Of a stretch of 64,000 nucleotides of DNA, positions 25,601 through 36,774 are shown piece after piece. The notes beneath the pieces were generated by a model. That model did not search any database. It was not told the DNA's origin and saw only the letters and a list, made by a program, of their open reading frames with translations. The DNA lies in contig NC_043022.1 of NCBI RefSeq assembly GCF_006345805.1, positions 20,584,001-20,648,000 of the forward strand, written 5' to 3'. A program made the translations under genes and the position numbers. Numbering within the stretch: the stretch's first letter is position 1; each line of letters starts with the position of its first letter. The stretch comes from Octopus sinensis. Taxonomy: Eukaryota.

Positions 25601-26589
25601 CAGTTCTTTCTCTATTGGCAAGAAATCTTGAAATAAACTGAATAAGACACACATAGATACATAGATACACACATACATACATACCAATATTACATACATA
25701 CATACATACATACATACACCCCCTCCTCACCGTGGTGGGGATGCTGGTAACGGATAGTGTCAGGGCTATGCCGTCAGGAATTTCAGTTCCTGGTAGGGCC
25801 ATCCAAGGCGGATTGGTCTGACACCGAGTGGTATTAGGGCCACAACCGCTTGTGAAATTCATATTCCCACGAAACTTCTTCCACTCAACCCACCCAGGGT
25901 GAATGTCGCCACAAGTACAAGTAAGTACATACATACATATGTACATAGGTACATACACCAATGACGATGGCTTTATCTTGTATCCAAGAATTTAGTTTCT
26001 TTTACGCTGAATGTTTCCTTTATGGTGATGGTGTTGTTGATGACTATAAACCGATTCTTGCATGGAAGAGTCGATGGTAGTGACTGCAATGGTAATGTTG
26101 GTGGAAGACAAGGTTGACTTTGTCAAGCCTTTCTCTCTTGTCGTTTGATTTCTTCTTTTTTTTCTTCTGGGGTCTTTGAAACTTTTGACACTGATGGCAA
26201 TGGGAAACTACTACTTGGTACAGTCTCAAGCTTGTGTTTCAAACGATTTAGGTTCAATTCCTGAGGAGCCGTTTTTATTCATATTAAGACACATCATCTG
26301 CTTTCCCTCTCTCTCCCTTCCTGCCCCCCCCCCCAACCAATGGACCTAACCCCAACACTGACTCACTCACACAAACACATACACACACAAATGGTTTAGG
26401 TTCAATTCCTCCGGCTTTCAGTGTTGCTTCGAGTTGGTCCTTGTATCTTCAAAGAGTACTATGCATGTACAGACACACATACATATACAACATGATGCTT
26501 ACACGATACCTTATACTTTTCTTTTTTCAGGCTTCTTCATATATTTTGGCTATGGTTTCCGAAAGAGCAAGCTTGCTGAGGAGAAGTGA
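1635..26589 (+). CDS. CAT-A: SLC7/CAT-family cationic amino acid transporter, spliced, 5'-partial (coding exons 4-14 in window)
   Basis: Eleven GT-AG exons join in frame and give CAT motifs ([62 protein letters not shown]...[14 protein letters not shown]). Orthology among SLC7A1-4/14 cannot be resolved by eye. Confidence 0.93.
2752..2891 (+). CDS. CAT-A exon 5 (140 nt)
   Basis: taccag|TTGTT...GTGAA|gtaagt; [47 protein letters not shown]. Confidence 0.93.
3150..3850 (+). mobile_element. Degenerate Penelope-like element, Naiad-like (RT thumb plus GIY-YIG endonuclease remnant)
   Basis: [45 protein letters not shown]...RIAN..STF...[21 protein letters not shown]....CKLC; stops and frameshifts; absent from CAT-B intron 5. 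Confidence 0.8.
4559..4673 (+). CDS. CAT-A exon 6 (115 nt)
   Basis: tttcag|GTACC...CACAG|gtgagt; [39 protein letters not shown]. Confidence 0.92.
4674..5200 (+). repeat. Degenerate ~32-bp minisatellite containing the splice-donor motif (attactg/gtgagttacac), ~16 units; repeated at 7753-8280 in the artefactual copy
   Basis: gtgagt/gtaagt recurs at 4674, 4706, 4770, 4866 and onward at ~32-bp spacing. Confidence 0.85.
5280..5428 (+). mobile_element. SINE family B head, truncated
   Basis: Same head, ends at gacggaaact. Confidence 0.75.
5429..5835 (+). mobile_element. DNA transposase 3' remnant, probably Chapaev3/CMC-like (repeated at ~8508-8914)
   Basis: [43 protein letters not shown]; one frameshift; family assignment from remembered motif. 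Confidence 0.6.
5851..6445 (+). mobile_element. tRNA-derived SINE family A (Meta/MESC-like central domain), three-unit concatemer (repeated at 8930-9526)
   Basis: A-box tggcagaaacgttagc, B-box gagttcaaattcc, gtcgactttgcctttcatcctttcggggtcg; ~184-bp unit. Confidence 0.8.
7392..7491. other. Assembly gap (100 N)
   Basis: Run of exactly 100 N, a typical placeholder size. Confidence 1.
7492..10471 (+). repeat. Near-identical second copy of ~4413-7391, including exon 6 at 7638-7752; probable contig-overlap artefact
   Basis: Offset ~3079 bp. The copies abut the N gap and differ almost only by 1-nt indels. Confidence 0.85.
10812..11034 (+). CDS. CAT-A exon 7 (223 nt)
   Basis: tttcag|GTGAA...GCCAG|gtaaac; [75 protein letters not shown]. 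Confidence 0.93.
11165..12185. repeat. Degenerate (CA)n tract followed by a (CT)n tract
   Basis: Visible dinucleotide periodicity. Confidence 0.95.
12317..12456 (+). CDS. CAT-A exon 8 (140 nt)
   Basis: tttcag|CATGG...TGCAG|gtcatt (weak donor); [48 protein letters not shown]. Confidence 0.9.
14188..14590 (+). mobile_element. tRNA-derived CORE-type SINE family B (resembles octopus OR2)
   Basis: A-box tggctgtgtgg, B-box ggttcagtcc, CORE-like ccttgggcaagtgtcttct, internal microsatellite, gtaaaaga tail. Confidence 0.75.
15093..15195 (+). CDS. CAT-A exon 9 (103 nt)
   Basis: tttcag|GTCTG...TTACG|gtaagt; [35 protein letters not shown]. Confidence 0.93.
15460..15790. repeat. (TATC)n / GATA microsatellite
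   Basis: Visible tetranucleotide periodicity. Confidence 0.95.
17584..17643 (+). CDS. CAT-A exon 10 (60 nt, symmetric phase 2-2)
   Basis: atgcag|CTACAGA...GACAA|gtaagt; [21 protein letters not shown], continuing the conserved LRY motif. Confidence 0.85.
17759..18696 (-). mobile_element. Non-coding PLE-like insertion: partial tandem pseudo-LTR plus inverted segment, flanked by (TA)n
   Basis: Direct repeats 17759-17900 and 18356-18495 (period ~597); inverted arms 18219-18417 and 18496-18696; carries an HHR. Confidence 0.7.
17909..18007 (-). ncRNA. Type I hammerhead ribozyme with canonical core and extended stem II
   Basis: Minus strand: TCTACG-CTGAAGA-GAAA[60 nt, further hairpin]TTTC-GAAA-CG(tg)CGTC^-CGTAGA; 6-bp stem I, G10.1-C11.1 pair, GUC site. 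Confidence 0.8.
19161..19282 (+). CDS. CAT-A exon 11 (122 nt)
   Basis: tattag|TGCAG...ACTCA|gtaagt; [41 protein letters not shown]. Confidence 0.87.
19714..19882. repeat. Inverted repeat, 65-bp arms, 39-nt spacer
   Basis: Arms 19714-19778 and 19818-19882 with 3 mismatches; contain a GAAAC-GATC-GTA-like HHR 3' half. Confidence 0.9.
20476..20526 (-). ncRNA. Type I hammerhead ribozyme (antisense twin of 21719-21769)
   Basis: Exact reverse complement of the + strand motif at 21719-21769. Confidence 0.7.
21719..21769 (+). ncRNA. Type I hammerhead ribozyme, sense to CAT-A intron 11
   Basis: AGCTTC-CTGAAGA-t-TTC(tctt)GAA-t-GAAA-CAG(tactagtc)CTGTA^-GAAGCT; 6-bp stem I, 4-bp stem III, GUA site, weak stem II. 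Confidence 0.7.
22370..22530 (+). CDS. CAT-A exon 12 (161 nt)
   Basis: ccacag|GTCTG...TCAAA|gtgagc; [53 protein letters not shown]. Confidence 0.92.
22644..23125 (+). mobile_element. Two SINE family A copies separated by (ATT)n
   Basis: Heads at ~22644 and ~22910. Confidence 0.75.
24130..24970 (-). mobile_element. RTE-clade LINE fragment with internal duplication (CAT-A intron 12)
   Basis: Orthologous to 60895-61435; RT C-terminal motifs on the minus strand. Confidence 0.8.
24986..25094 (+). CDS. CAT-A exon 13 (109 nt)
   Basis: ttccag|GTGCC...TATCG|gtttgt; [37 protein letters not shown]. Confidence 0.92.
26531..26589 (+). CDS. CAT-A exon 14, coding part to TGA
   Basis: tttcag|GCTTC...; [19 protein letters not shown]. 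Confidence 0.9.
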
Positions 26590-26789
26590 AACTGAGGAGA
26601 TTAGAGCACAGGCTGATTTAACAGGATTATATAAGCAGCATTGATGACCAATCTCTAATAACTTGAAGCAGCTACCATCTAAAATATATACATCATACAT
26701 CATACATCAATATATATGGAAAGAAATAAGATTAAAAACACAGAAGATTTATTTCAAAAGACTAAAGAATATATCAGAATCATAATAGT

Positions 26790-27640
26790 AAAATATTATA
26801 CAATATTGTACAAAATAAGATTTTTTTTTCTTCCAACATAATATCCAGATTCATTATGCATGAAAATTCTATGTACCCATAAAATCATTAAAAGCAGTAA
26901 ACAACCAAAGACATTAAAGAAGGTCCACACAAATGCTAAATTATTTTCCAGAATAACAGATGCAAGAGTAAGAACGTGAGGTCGTCCTAACTGCGGAGCA
27001 TGTCCCAAAGCTTTAGAAGGATCAGAATTCCATTCTAGACAAAGGCAAAAATTCATAGTTAAATCAAACTTAACTTGCACCTCTGAAAACCTCATTTATG
27101 TTATCAGATACTTGGACTGCCATAAAAGCTATATAAGGTCAACAGGAATGTCTCTCGGGCAGAGTTGTATGGTCCACAGACAGCAGATATCCTCCCCACA
27201 ATATCGGCAGGTATATTTCAGTGAACACATTGACAGATATGCAGAACAATTGCAATCACAATTCCTAATCTTCCCATTATATAAAATTGCTATTTGGAGC
27301 TCAACGTAAGTATGACTAAATAAAGAGGCCTAATTTAGCAAAAAATAGAAGCCAGAATTAAATGTAAACCTATATTAAAAATTTTAAATTTACCCCAACT
27401 ATTGTAAGAATCAAATGAAGACCAATATAAAAAATAACAGATTTACTTCCCCTTTACTGTAAAATACCATGGTTGCCAATTATTCCTCCTAGCAAACAAA
27501 ATATCTAAATTAGAAGTTCATCTAAAACTCATAATTTGAAAAGCAATAATGAAACCGGTTGTTATGTTAGAACAAGAAAATCTAATTTTGTACAATATTG
27601 TGTAATACTTTTGCTATTCGGATTCTAATATATTCTTTAA
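26790..27640 (+). mobile_element. Degenerate Penelope-like element, Neptune-like (Cys linker plus GIY-YIG) with pseudo-LTR
   Basis: GRPNCGACP...FIVKSNLTCTSENLIYVI...CHKSYIRSTGMSL...VHRQQI. Confidence 0.8.
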
Positions 27641-27726
27641 TCTTTTAAAACAAATCTTCTGTGTTTTTCCATTTTATTTCTTTCCGTATATATTCAACCA
27701 TGTGTAATCACCCACCATATTTTCTA

Positions 27727-27782
<56 letters not shown>

Positions 27783-28014
27783 CATATATATATATACATA
27801 TATATATATACATATATACATACATATATATAAATATATACACACACACATATATGTATAAATATATATATATATATACATATATAGTATATATAGATGT
27901 ATGCATATATATATGTTTTAAGTATGTATATAAATGTATATATATATATATAATATATATATATATTATATATATACTTTATGTATGTCTATATATAAGC
28001 ATACTTATATGTAT

Positions 28015-28048
<34 letters not shown>

Positions 28049-28083
28049 GTGTGTGTGTGTGGTGTGTGTATGTAGTATATTTA

Positions 28084-28130
<47 letters not shown>

Positions 28131-29229
28131 TATATTATATGTATATATATCTATATATAGATATATATATATATATATATGTATTTATGTACATATATAA
28201 TATATATATATATACACACACAAATGTATATATGTTCATATATGTATACATACACATACACACACACACATATATATATATACAAACACGCATACATGTG
28301 TGAGGTAGGATGTTGTGGAAAATGACTCAATACGAATATATCATCGAAACGGTGAAATATTTTGTTTAGTTTTAAAGTTGACAGTAACTTAGAAGTTGCT
28401 TTTAATCTTCAAAGTCATTATCAACTTTAAAACTAAATATGATGCTTATAGGTGAGTGTGTGTGAATGTTTGTCTGTACATGTATGCGTGTATATGTGTG
28501 TATAGAGGTGTGTGAGTGTGTGTGCTTGTATATACACCTATATGTGTGTATACTTGTGTGTGTGTGTTTGTGCACACACATGAGTGTTTGTGAGTGGTGC
28601 AACCCTGGAGCTACGTATATCTACATGTGCGTACATATGCATGTGTGTACACCAACATGCACTCAAATACATATAAAACAATTCAGAGAGACATTGAAAA
28701 TAAAAGACAGTTTTCATAGAGATGATATCAGAAAAATATCTTTTGTGACATCATTGATCATAAAAATAACATTTTATATGCAATGCTTGTGTTTTCCAAT
28801 AAAATATGGTGCACAAACAAGCAACTCTAGGAAAAGAGTATACACTCCTAAACTATAAATAATTCATGTATATATTATATGTGTGTGTGTGTATATATAT
28901 CTATATACACACATTTTTTCTCTCCTGTTTTTTCTGTGTCCCTTTCTGTAGAAGAGCATAGGCTCGAAACGTGAAAGACTTTTTCTATTCCTGAGCGTTA
29001 TACTAATACATCTGTTTGTTTTGTACACCACCTGTCTTCATCTTTTGCTTTTTTCGTAAACTCTCCCTATATATATATATATATATATATATACTGTAAA
29101 CTTGCACTAGAGTTTTGTCACTCACAATATACAGACACATATATATATACACACACACACACCACACACACACACACACATATATATATATAGATATAGA
29201 TATATATATTTGTGAAGACCTGTTGAGGC

Positions 29230-29818
29230 AAGTCAAATCAAAGTCAAATCGAATCAAGTCAAACCAAATCAAAATAGATGAACATCAATGGAATTTGTAC
29301 CCTTGTGGTACCAGTGCCGGTGGCACATAAGAAAACCATCCGAACAGGACCGTAGCCAGTACCGCATCGACTGGACTCCGTGCTGTGGGCACGTAACAAA
29401 CACCGTCCGAGCGTGGCCGTCTGCCAGCCTCGTCTGGCACCTGTGTCGGTGGCACATAAAAACACCATCCGAGCGTGGCCGTCTGCCAGCCTCGTCTGGC
29501 ACCTGTGTCGGTGGCACATAAAAACACCATCGAGCGTGGCCGTCTGCCAGCCTCGTCTGGCACCTGTGTCGGTGGCACATAAAAACACCATCCGAGCGTG
29601 GCCGTTCGCCAGCCTCGTCTGGCACCTGTGTCGGTGGCACATAAAATCACCCACTACACTCTCGGAGTGGTTGGCGTTAGGAAGGGCATCCAGCTGTAGA
29701 AACACTGCCAGATCTGACTGGCCTGGTGCAGCCTTCGGGCTCCCCAGACCCCAGTCGAACCGTCCAACCCATGCTAGCATGGAAAGCGGACGTTAAACGA
29801 TGATGATGATGATGATGA
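29230..29818 (+). mobile_element. Retroposon family C with (GAT)n tail (RTE-like 3' end) and internal ~63-bp tandem repeat; other copies at ~1140-1450, 13700-13975, 16140-16360, 23520-23825, 50385-50515, 52530-52805, 56500-56722
   Basis: ggaagggcatccagctgtagaa...ggacgttaaacgatgatgat. Confidence 0.75.
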
Positions 29819-30734
29819 TATATATATATAAAATACAAAATGGGACAAGCACGCAAAACATCTGGATAGCTAGGTGATACAAATATGGGACAACAAAACA
29901 TCCAGATAGACGATACAAAGAAAACAAGGAAAGGTCATTCGAAGTTTTCTTTCCTCAGTCAAGCACCAAATTATCCTCGCAATTTCAGTTGATTATACTC
30001 GAATTGCTCCAATCTGGCCAGCCCCGAGAAAAAAATAAGCTAATAGCACTAGATTCCATGGAAGAAAGCAGCGAATGTATACAAAAACAAGGACGGAGAA
30101 AAAATGGACATTACACAAATACAATAAAAATAATAACAGTATATAACAACAGGTGTCTTTCGACTAAGGATGAATTGATATTAAGGTGGCATGTGTGGAA
30201 ATGAAGCCTTACAGCAGAGATACAAAATTTCACAAACACGGGGAGGAATATCGATGTTGCATATATATATGAATATATATATATATGTGTGTGTGTATTT
30301 ATATATATATATGTGTGTGTGCGTGTGATTCATCTAAGAGACCATAAGTCAGGGAAAATATGCACTCGTGTACCTGTCGGTAGAGTAGGTTTATTATCTG
30401 AAAGGTATAGTATTAAATATCTCTCACGTATAGTAAAGTTATATAATCAGCACCTAACACTCCATAGTATTCTTTATGTGAAACCAATTGGCAAGATCCA
30501 GTCGTCATGGATATATAGTACTATACATTTCAGATAAAATATATATATGTTATAAAATATAATTCGTGGGTAAGGCTGGAACAATGTGAAATAAATCCAA
30601 GACAAATCACAAGAAAATAGGCATATAAATTAATGGTGACTTACCCTGCATTCAATATTTCAGGGTTATGACCCACTTTTTGGGAATTAGCTTCAAGATG
30701 TGGAGAATTAGGAGGTTAAATGTTCGGGGTGATA

Positions 30735-31560
30735 TGATCATGCAAATTGTCGGCCATCCATTCTTGTGTCATTTGAGCCTTGTGTTGATGGTGCAGAATC
30801 TTGTTGAAAGGTATAAGGCCTTCCCTTGCATACATTGTTGATCCAAAGCTTAACAACTTTAACCAGAAGCTGAACATATGCAGCAGCATTCACCCTAAGG
30901 CCTTGTGGTAAAAAGTGACAAGGCATCACATGTCCTTTACTGCTAACAACACCCAAAACCCTGACACTTAGAGGAAATTTTGTGTGCATTACTCTCAGAA
31001 TCTCAGAAGGGTCTGCACATAGCCATCTGTCATTTCTTGTGTTAGTTTTCTGATCCTGCTCAAAGTTTTTCTCATCTGAGAAAAACCAAAATCACACCAT
31101 CTTCCGATGTATTTTTAAACTTGTTTAAAAGTCTTTTGGATTTGATTAAATGGTTTCCTTTTGTTTTTTCTAACATGATTTAACCCCTCCTCAGCACATA
31201 AGATTTGTATCTGATGACACCATGCACAACATTTCTGTTTGTTTTTTTCTGACACATGAAATTTTTTTGCGATTGATCTCATTGATTTTCCTGGACTGTC
31301 TTCAATGTTTTGCTTAACTTTCTGAACAAATTCAGGTGTCCTGATAGAATCAGAGCATTTGGAATTTTTTTAAGTTTTCATACAGGTAATATGCTTTCAT
31401 CTTCTTTCACTAACACACACCAAATCTGATGGACAAACGATCTTGAAACTTTCAGGAAATGAGAAATTTCTAAATCACCATGCTTAGCCTTCAAAGCCAC
31501 AATCACGGCATGCCTTTTCATCTCATTAGTAAGCATAGGGCTTGCATTTGTTATTTTCTG
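30735..31560 (-). mobile_element. Tc1/mariner-superfamily transposase remnant (maT/DD37D-like)
   Basis: TKFPLSVRVLGVVSSKGHVMPCHFLPQGLRVNAAAYV...RPYTFQQDSAPS. Confidence 0.75.
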
Positions 31561-31642
31561 AAATAGAATTTCAATAAAAATTAGTCAAATAAAATAATGA
31601 CTAAAAACATGTCTTCAAATACTGTATATAAATATATATGTG

Positions 31643-31682
<40 letters not shown>

Positions 31683-32100
31683 GTATATATGCATGCATAT
31701 ATATATTTAAATATATTTTACATATATATATTATAGATATAAGTGGAAATTTTACCGGTGCGTGTGTTATATTATAAGGCACAAAAAGAAAATGACTCTC
31801 CCCAGACACAACATGTCACCCAGTCCAGGAATGCAACCCATGGTCTCGCAATTGTGAATGTAATGCCCTAACAACTAGAGCATGTATATATTCCTTATCT
31901 ATTTCCTGCATTGGACTACAACTGCACTAGAACTGTTCCATCTTAGGAATTAGTACTCAATGGCATCACCCATAGAATTTTACCTTAGTGTTATCTACTT
32001 ATTTCATCAACCATGAAAGCATACCGTGTAAAGTCGACAGCTACAGAATTTAACCCTTTAGCATTCAAATCGGCCATATCCAGCCTAAATATTCTATCTA

Positions 32101-32515
32101 TTTCTTTATTACCCACAAGAGGCTAAACATAGAGGGGACAAACAAGGACAGACAAATGGATTAAGTCAATTACATTGACCCCAGTGTGTAACTGGTACTT
32201 AATTTATCGACCCCGAAAGGATGAAAGGCAAAGTCGACCTTGGCGGAATTTGAACTCGGAACGTAACGGCAGACGAAATACATATTTCTTTACTACCCAC
32301 AAGGGGCTCAACACATAGGGGACAAACAAGGACAGACAAACTGATTAAGTCGATTACATCGACCCCAGTCTGTAAATTGTACTTAATTTATCGACCCCGA
32401 AAGGATGAAAGGCAAAGTCGACCTCGGCGGAATTTGAACTCAGAACGTAACGGCAGACGAAATACGGCTACGCATTTCGCCAGGCATGCTAACGGTTCTG
32501 CCAGCTCGCCACCTT
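32101..32515 (-). mobile_element. SINE family A concatemer
   Basis: Reverse complement of the family A unit, two copies. Confidence 0.8.
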
Positions 32516-33146
32516 ATAATCTAAGTATTCTATTGGTTTAATATTCAAGCCAGCCAGATTCAGCCTCTCACAACTATTCTACAATGTCATTCAACCACAT
32601 CATCAAAATCTTGAAGCCATAAGATAATACCTGATTAATTTGAAACAATGTGAATAAATAAATAAGTATTATATTTGACAGAATAACCAGAATGCTGAAG
32701 AGCTAAACTCCAAATATAAAGGGACATAACGAAACTCACTTATACATTTTATGCAGAAGAGTTTGAATAAATAAACATTGCATTTGACAGAATAATTTGT
32801 ATGCTAAAGAGTTAAACTTCAAATATAAAGGGACATAATCAAATGCCCTATACATTTTGTCTGATACTCGACCTCTTATTACATCCAACTTGAATAAAAT
32901 TATAAAAATAATTGATATGTGTATGTATTTGTGTATGATAGATCGCCATGATAGATTGTTAGCCACTACACACATTTTTTTCTCTCCTCCTTGTTTTTTT
33001 TTTCTGTGTCCCTTTCTGTATAAGAGCGTAGGCTCGAAACATAACAGACTTTTTCTGTTCCTGAGCGTTATACTAATACATCTGTTTGTTTTGTACACCA
33101 CCTGTCTTCATCTATTGTTTTTTTCGTAAACTCTCCCTACATACAT

Positions 33147-33252
<106 letters not shown>

Positions 33253-33261
33253 CATAAGGAA

Positions 33262-33522
33262 TCACAAGGCACCTACCTGCTAGAAAGAAGAGTTAAAACC
33301 CTCAAAACTTGCTGATGAGGGTAGGTTTTCGCCAGAACCAGAAATTATCATTCAAGCATATCCAAATACTAAAATATAGAGAATTGGCCTATAATATAGG
33401 TATGTAAAAAAATTCTTTAATCCGTTTGCCTAACTACTGCTGATTTTCTTTCGTATTTTTCAGTTTTAGTGGTGGTTTAAATGAGGGTTTTAACTCTCCT
33501 TTCTAGCAGGTAGGCACCTTGT
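33262..33522. repeat. Inverted repeat, ~41-bp arms
   Basis: acaaggcacctacctgctagaaagaagagttaaaaccctca vs its reverse complement at ~33482-33522. Confidence 0.8.
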
Positions 33523-33699
33523 GCGCCCTAATGGTTGATATTAATTTTAGTTCTATTGTTATCTAAAGCTATTTTAGGCCAGCAACTACCTATATTATTG
33601 TTGTTATTATCAACTATTTATATTACCGCAGCTAATAATAACAATAATAATATCTACATAAATATTCACTTCTGAATATTTACTCCTTTGATAAATATA

Positions 33700-34365
33700 T
33701 ATATATATATATATATAAGAAAATAGTAAAGTGTGAAAAAACGACAGAAGGCTTAAATGTTAAAAAATATATATATTTGTGTCAAAATGTCTGGAGAATA
33801 TTGGAAAAATTTTTTTCCTTTCCTTAAAATGACATAATTTTAAAATTTTTAAAGAAATTACCGGTTTTGTGTGTAGCTTTTCAAATTCTTGTGACGTTAT
33901 GTTTATATTGCATGGAGTTATCGTTGTATTTATTTTCAGGAGATTTCTAAATAAGGGGAGGTAGTGAGTGATTCTTCCGGTGTAAGGGAGATAATCGCTT
34001 AAAATTTTTTTCCTTTTCCCTTGTTCATTTCTCTGTGTCCGTATGTTCGGATGGTTTTTCCTTTTCCCTTGTTAATTTCTCTGTGTCAGTATGTTCGGAT
34101 GGTTGAGTCTGGGTTTGTGCTTTTCAATGAAGAATGTTTCCTTGTTCAGTCTCATTTGTGTTGATGATCCGAAAGCACATTGGTAAAATGGGAAGATTAA
34201 AAATTGTGGCAGTAGTTGCTTTGCGCATTTCGCAATGTGCTCACTAAAAGGTATCATTCTATATTCTGGGAATGCAATCTGTTGTCGATGCAGCGTGCAT
34301 CTACGCCTGAGTGATAGTCCCGTGGAACCCACGTAGTCTTGGTGGCAGCCCGAGCATTTAATGAC
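33700..34365 (-). mobile_element. 3' fragment of a related Neptune-like PLE
   Basis: YVGSTGLSLRRRCTLHRQQIAFPEYRMIPFSEHIAKC...NKETFFIEKHKPRLN. Confidence 0.8.
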
Positions 34366-34390
34366 ATAAATTATGTTTTCAGAGGCACAA

Positions 34391-34426
<36 letters not shown>

Positions 34427-34605
34427 CATATTCAAATAAGTAAAACATAATATCATGAATAGCGATTGCGAAACCGGTCGATATATTAAAAATTGTATAA
34501 AAACTATGTAAGTGTGCGTATTTTCCTTTTTTAATTTTTAATTTCTTATATACATTACAACTCTTATATACCTTACAACTCACCACGTGGGGATAATCGA
34601 AATTC

Positions 34606-35157
34606 GACAAACAAAGACAGACAAAGGGATTAAATCGATTACATCGACCCCAGTGCGTAACTGGTACTTAATGAATCGACCCCGAAAGGATGAAAGGTAA
34701 AGTTGGCCTCGGCGGAATTTGAACTCAGAACGTAACGGCAGACGAAATACCTATTTCTTTACTACCCACAAGGGGCTAAACACAGAGAGGACAAACAAAG
34801 ACAGACAAACAGATTAAGTCGATTACATCGACCCCAGTGCGTAACTGGTACTTAATGTATCGACCCCGAAAGGATGAAAGGCAAAGTCGACCTTAGCGGA
34901 ATTTGAACTCAGAACGTAAAGACAGACGAAATACCTATTTCTTTACTATCCACAAGGGGCTAAACACAGAGAGGACAAACAAAGACAGACAAACGGATTA
35001 AGTCGATTATATCGACCCCAGTGCGTAACTGGTACTTATCTAATCGACCCCGAAAGGATGAAAGGCAAAGTAAACCTCGGCGGAATTTGAACTCAGAGTA
35101 TAGCGGCAGACGAAATACCGCTAAACATTCCGCCCGGCGTGCTAACGTTTCTGCCAA
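34606..35157 (-). mobile_element. SINE family A concatemer, three units
   Basis: Reverse complement of the family A unit with the same junction. Confidence 0.8.
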
Positions 35158-35164
35158 GACAATG

Positions 35165-36303
35165 GTATTGTTCTGCTCTCATTCGCCCCACACTGCTCAC
35201 ATAAGCTACAGCCACTCCATCGGAGTGTCAATGGTCCTCTTAAGAAGTACGTGAATAGGGCGTGTGATGGATGGATGGATGAAATCGCACCCAGGTAAAA
35301 CAATGACCGTTTACGACATCTCCGCGATCTTGAAGGAAGCCCTTCCGCATGCGTGCACACCAGTCAACATCCAGAAAGCATTTCAAGTCAGTGGCATCTG
35401 GCCCTTTAACGAGGGTGTCTTTGGTGATGACGAATTCTTTCTAAGTTACGTCTCAGGCCGTCTTGCTCCAAAACAAGCTGAAGACCAGTCTGAGGTGCAG
35501 CAAGACGACCATCCTGACGTGCAGCCAGATAACCAGCCTAACTTGTAGCCAGACGACCAGTCAGATGTTCAACCAGGTGACCAGGTCAATGAACGGCAAG
35601 ACGGTCCGGCAGACCAACCTACACTTGGCCCAATTTCCCTGCTGATGTTGTTACAAACCCAGAGATGTTGCGCCCATTAAGGAAAGCTTCCCCCAGGAAG
35701 ACAGGTCGAGGTCGTTGTTACACATTCATATCTATGTGTATACGTGGGTATACGTATGTAGAATACATCCCCACTTTTGGCACTATTTTGTAATACAGTA
35801 CGAACTGTGTCTAAAGTATATATGTATCACTACGCTGAATGTCGACAGTCCGTGTAACACATAAAGTAAGTAAACACGTAAAACAATAACAATGGCTTCA
35901 TATTGAGTTGTATATAACCTTCAGAATGAAACTACACATTACAGTCGTGGAAGTGGCAAGAGGTGCCAAACAGCCATTCTAACCCTAACCCCCGTAAAAC
36001 AGTGCATAGTGGATGAAATAAACGAACGGAAATCCAAACCAAAGAAGGCAACTGGGTAGAGAAAAGGCAACAAAGGGAAAGGGAAAGTTAACTAGAAAAG
36101 GTAAAGGCAAAGGGAAGCAGTCTCGCAGCAAGCAAGTCACCGATTGGAAATGCCTTGTCTGCTCAGATTGGTATTCCAACTCCCTTCCAGGTGAAGAATG
36201 GGTGCAATGCATGATCTGTAAAGACTGGGCACACACTGACTGTACCGATGGACGACAGGACTTTCTGTGCGATCTGTGTGGCGAGAAGTTAATGGAGAAC
36301 TAG
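35165..36303 (+). mobile_element. pogo-like DDE transposase remnant with C-terminal PHD finger, interrupted by a ~250-bp insertion
   Basis: WMKSHPGKTMTVYDI...TPVNIQKAFQVSGIWPFNEGVF; AILTLTP; CLVCSDWYSNSLPGEEWVQCMICKDWAHTDCT...CDLC. Confidence 0.75.
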
Positions 36304-36496
36304 ATGGCACATGTAACAATGGGGAATTGGCTGATGAGGACTCTCGGTATCATAGTTAGGATATGAGGTGGTTCAAAGATGCAAGAAGCAGGAGACGTAT
36401 TCATTTTAAACTTGTTTGTAAAAGTAATACCGAGTTATCGACAGTTCCTCCCGTTCCCTCTTGCGCCATTTATTGTTTTCCCGGGTGTAATACTTG

Positions 36497-36544
<48 letters not shown>

Positions 36545-36558
<14 letters not shown>

Positions 36559-36763
36559 CTGAAGTGTCTGTGTATGGCAGGTTGGTAGCCTTCAACTAAC
36601 ACTATCTCCTCCGAGACCCTGCGGCGCAAGTTGACCAAAATTGAGAGTAAGATAAAAGAAGGCTTGCTCTTCCTTCCGTAGAAAAAAAATTGCTTTTCAA
36701 AAATTCCAATTCTAAAGGGTCGAAAAGAAAACAAGCCCGAGCAACGCTGGGCTATACTGCTAG
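36545..36763 (+). mobile_element. Short non-autonomous Helitron
   Basis: 3' hairpin gcccgagcaacgctgggc followed by CTAG|T; begins in (TA)n. Confidence 0.7.
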
Positions 36764-36774
36764 TTACTGATGTT

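Noticed and set aside
25593-25961. 122-aa minus-strand ORF with a non-repetitive GC-rich core
   Set aside because: No recognisable domain or splice partners; starts and ends in microsatellite; likely a retroelement fragment
26441-26644. Longer C-terminus in the [16 protein letters not shown] frame
   Set aside because: The phase-1 junction from exon 13 gives GFFIYFGYG, the conserved CAT motif, which stops at 26589 in both paralogs
29930-29975. Minus-strand CTGAGGA...GAAT hammerhead-like motif (relative at ~55300-55330)
   Set aside because: GAAA is broken and there is no complementary stem I
30400-30500. ctgaaag...gaaaccaattggca hammerhead-like motif
   Set aside because: Core and cleavage triplet are both mutated
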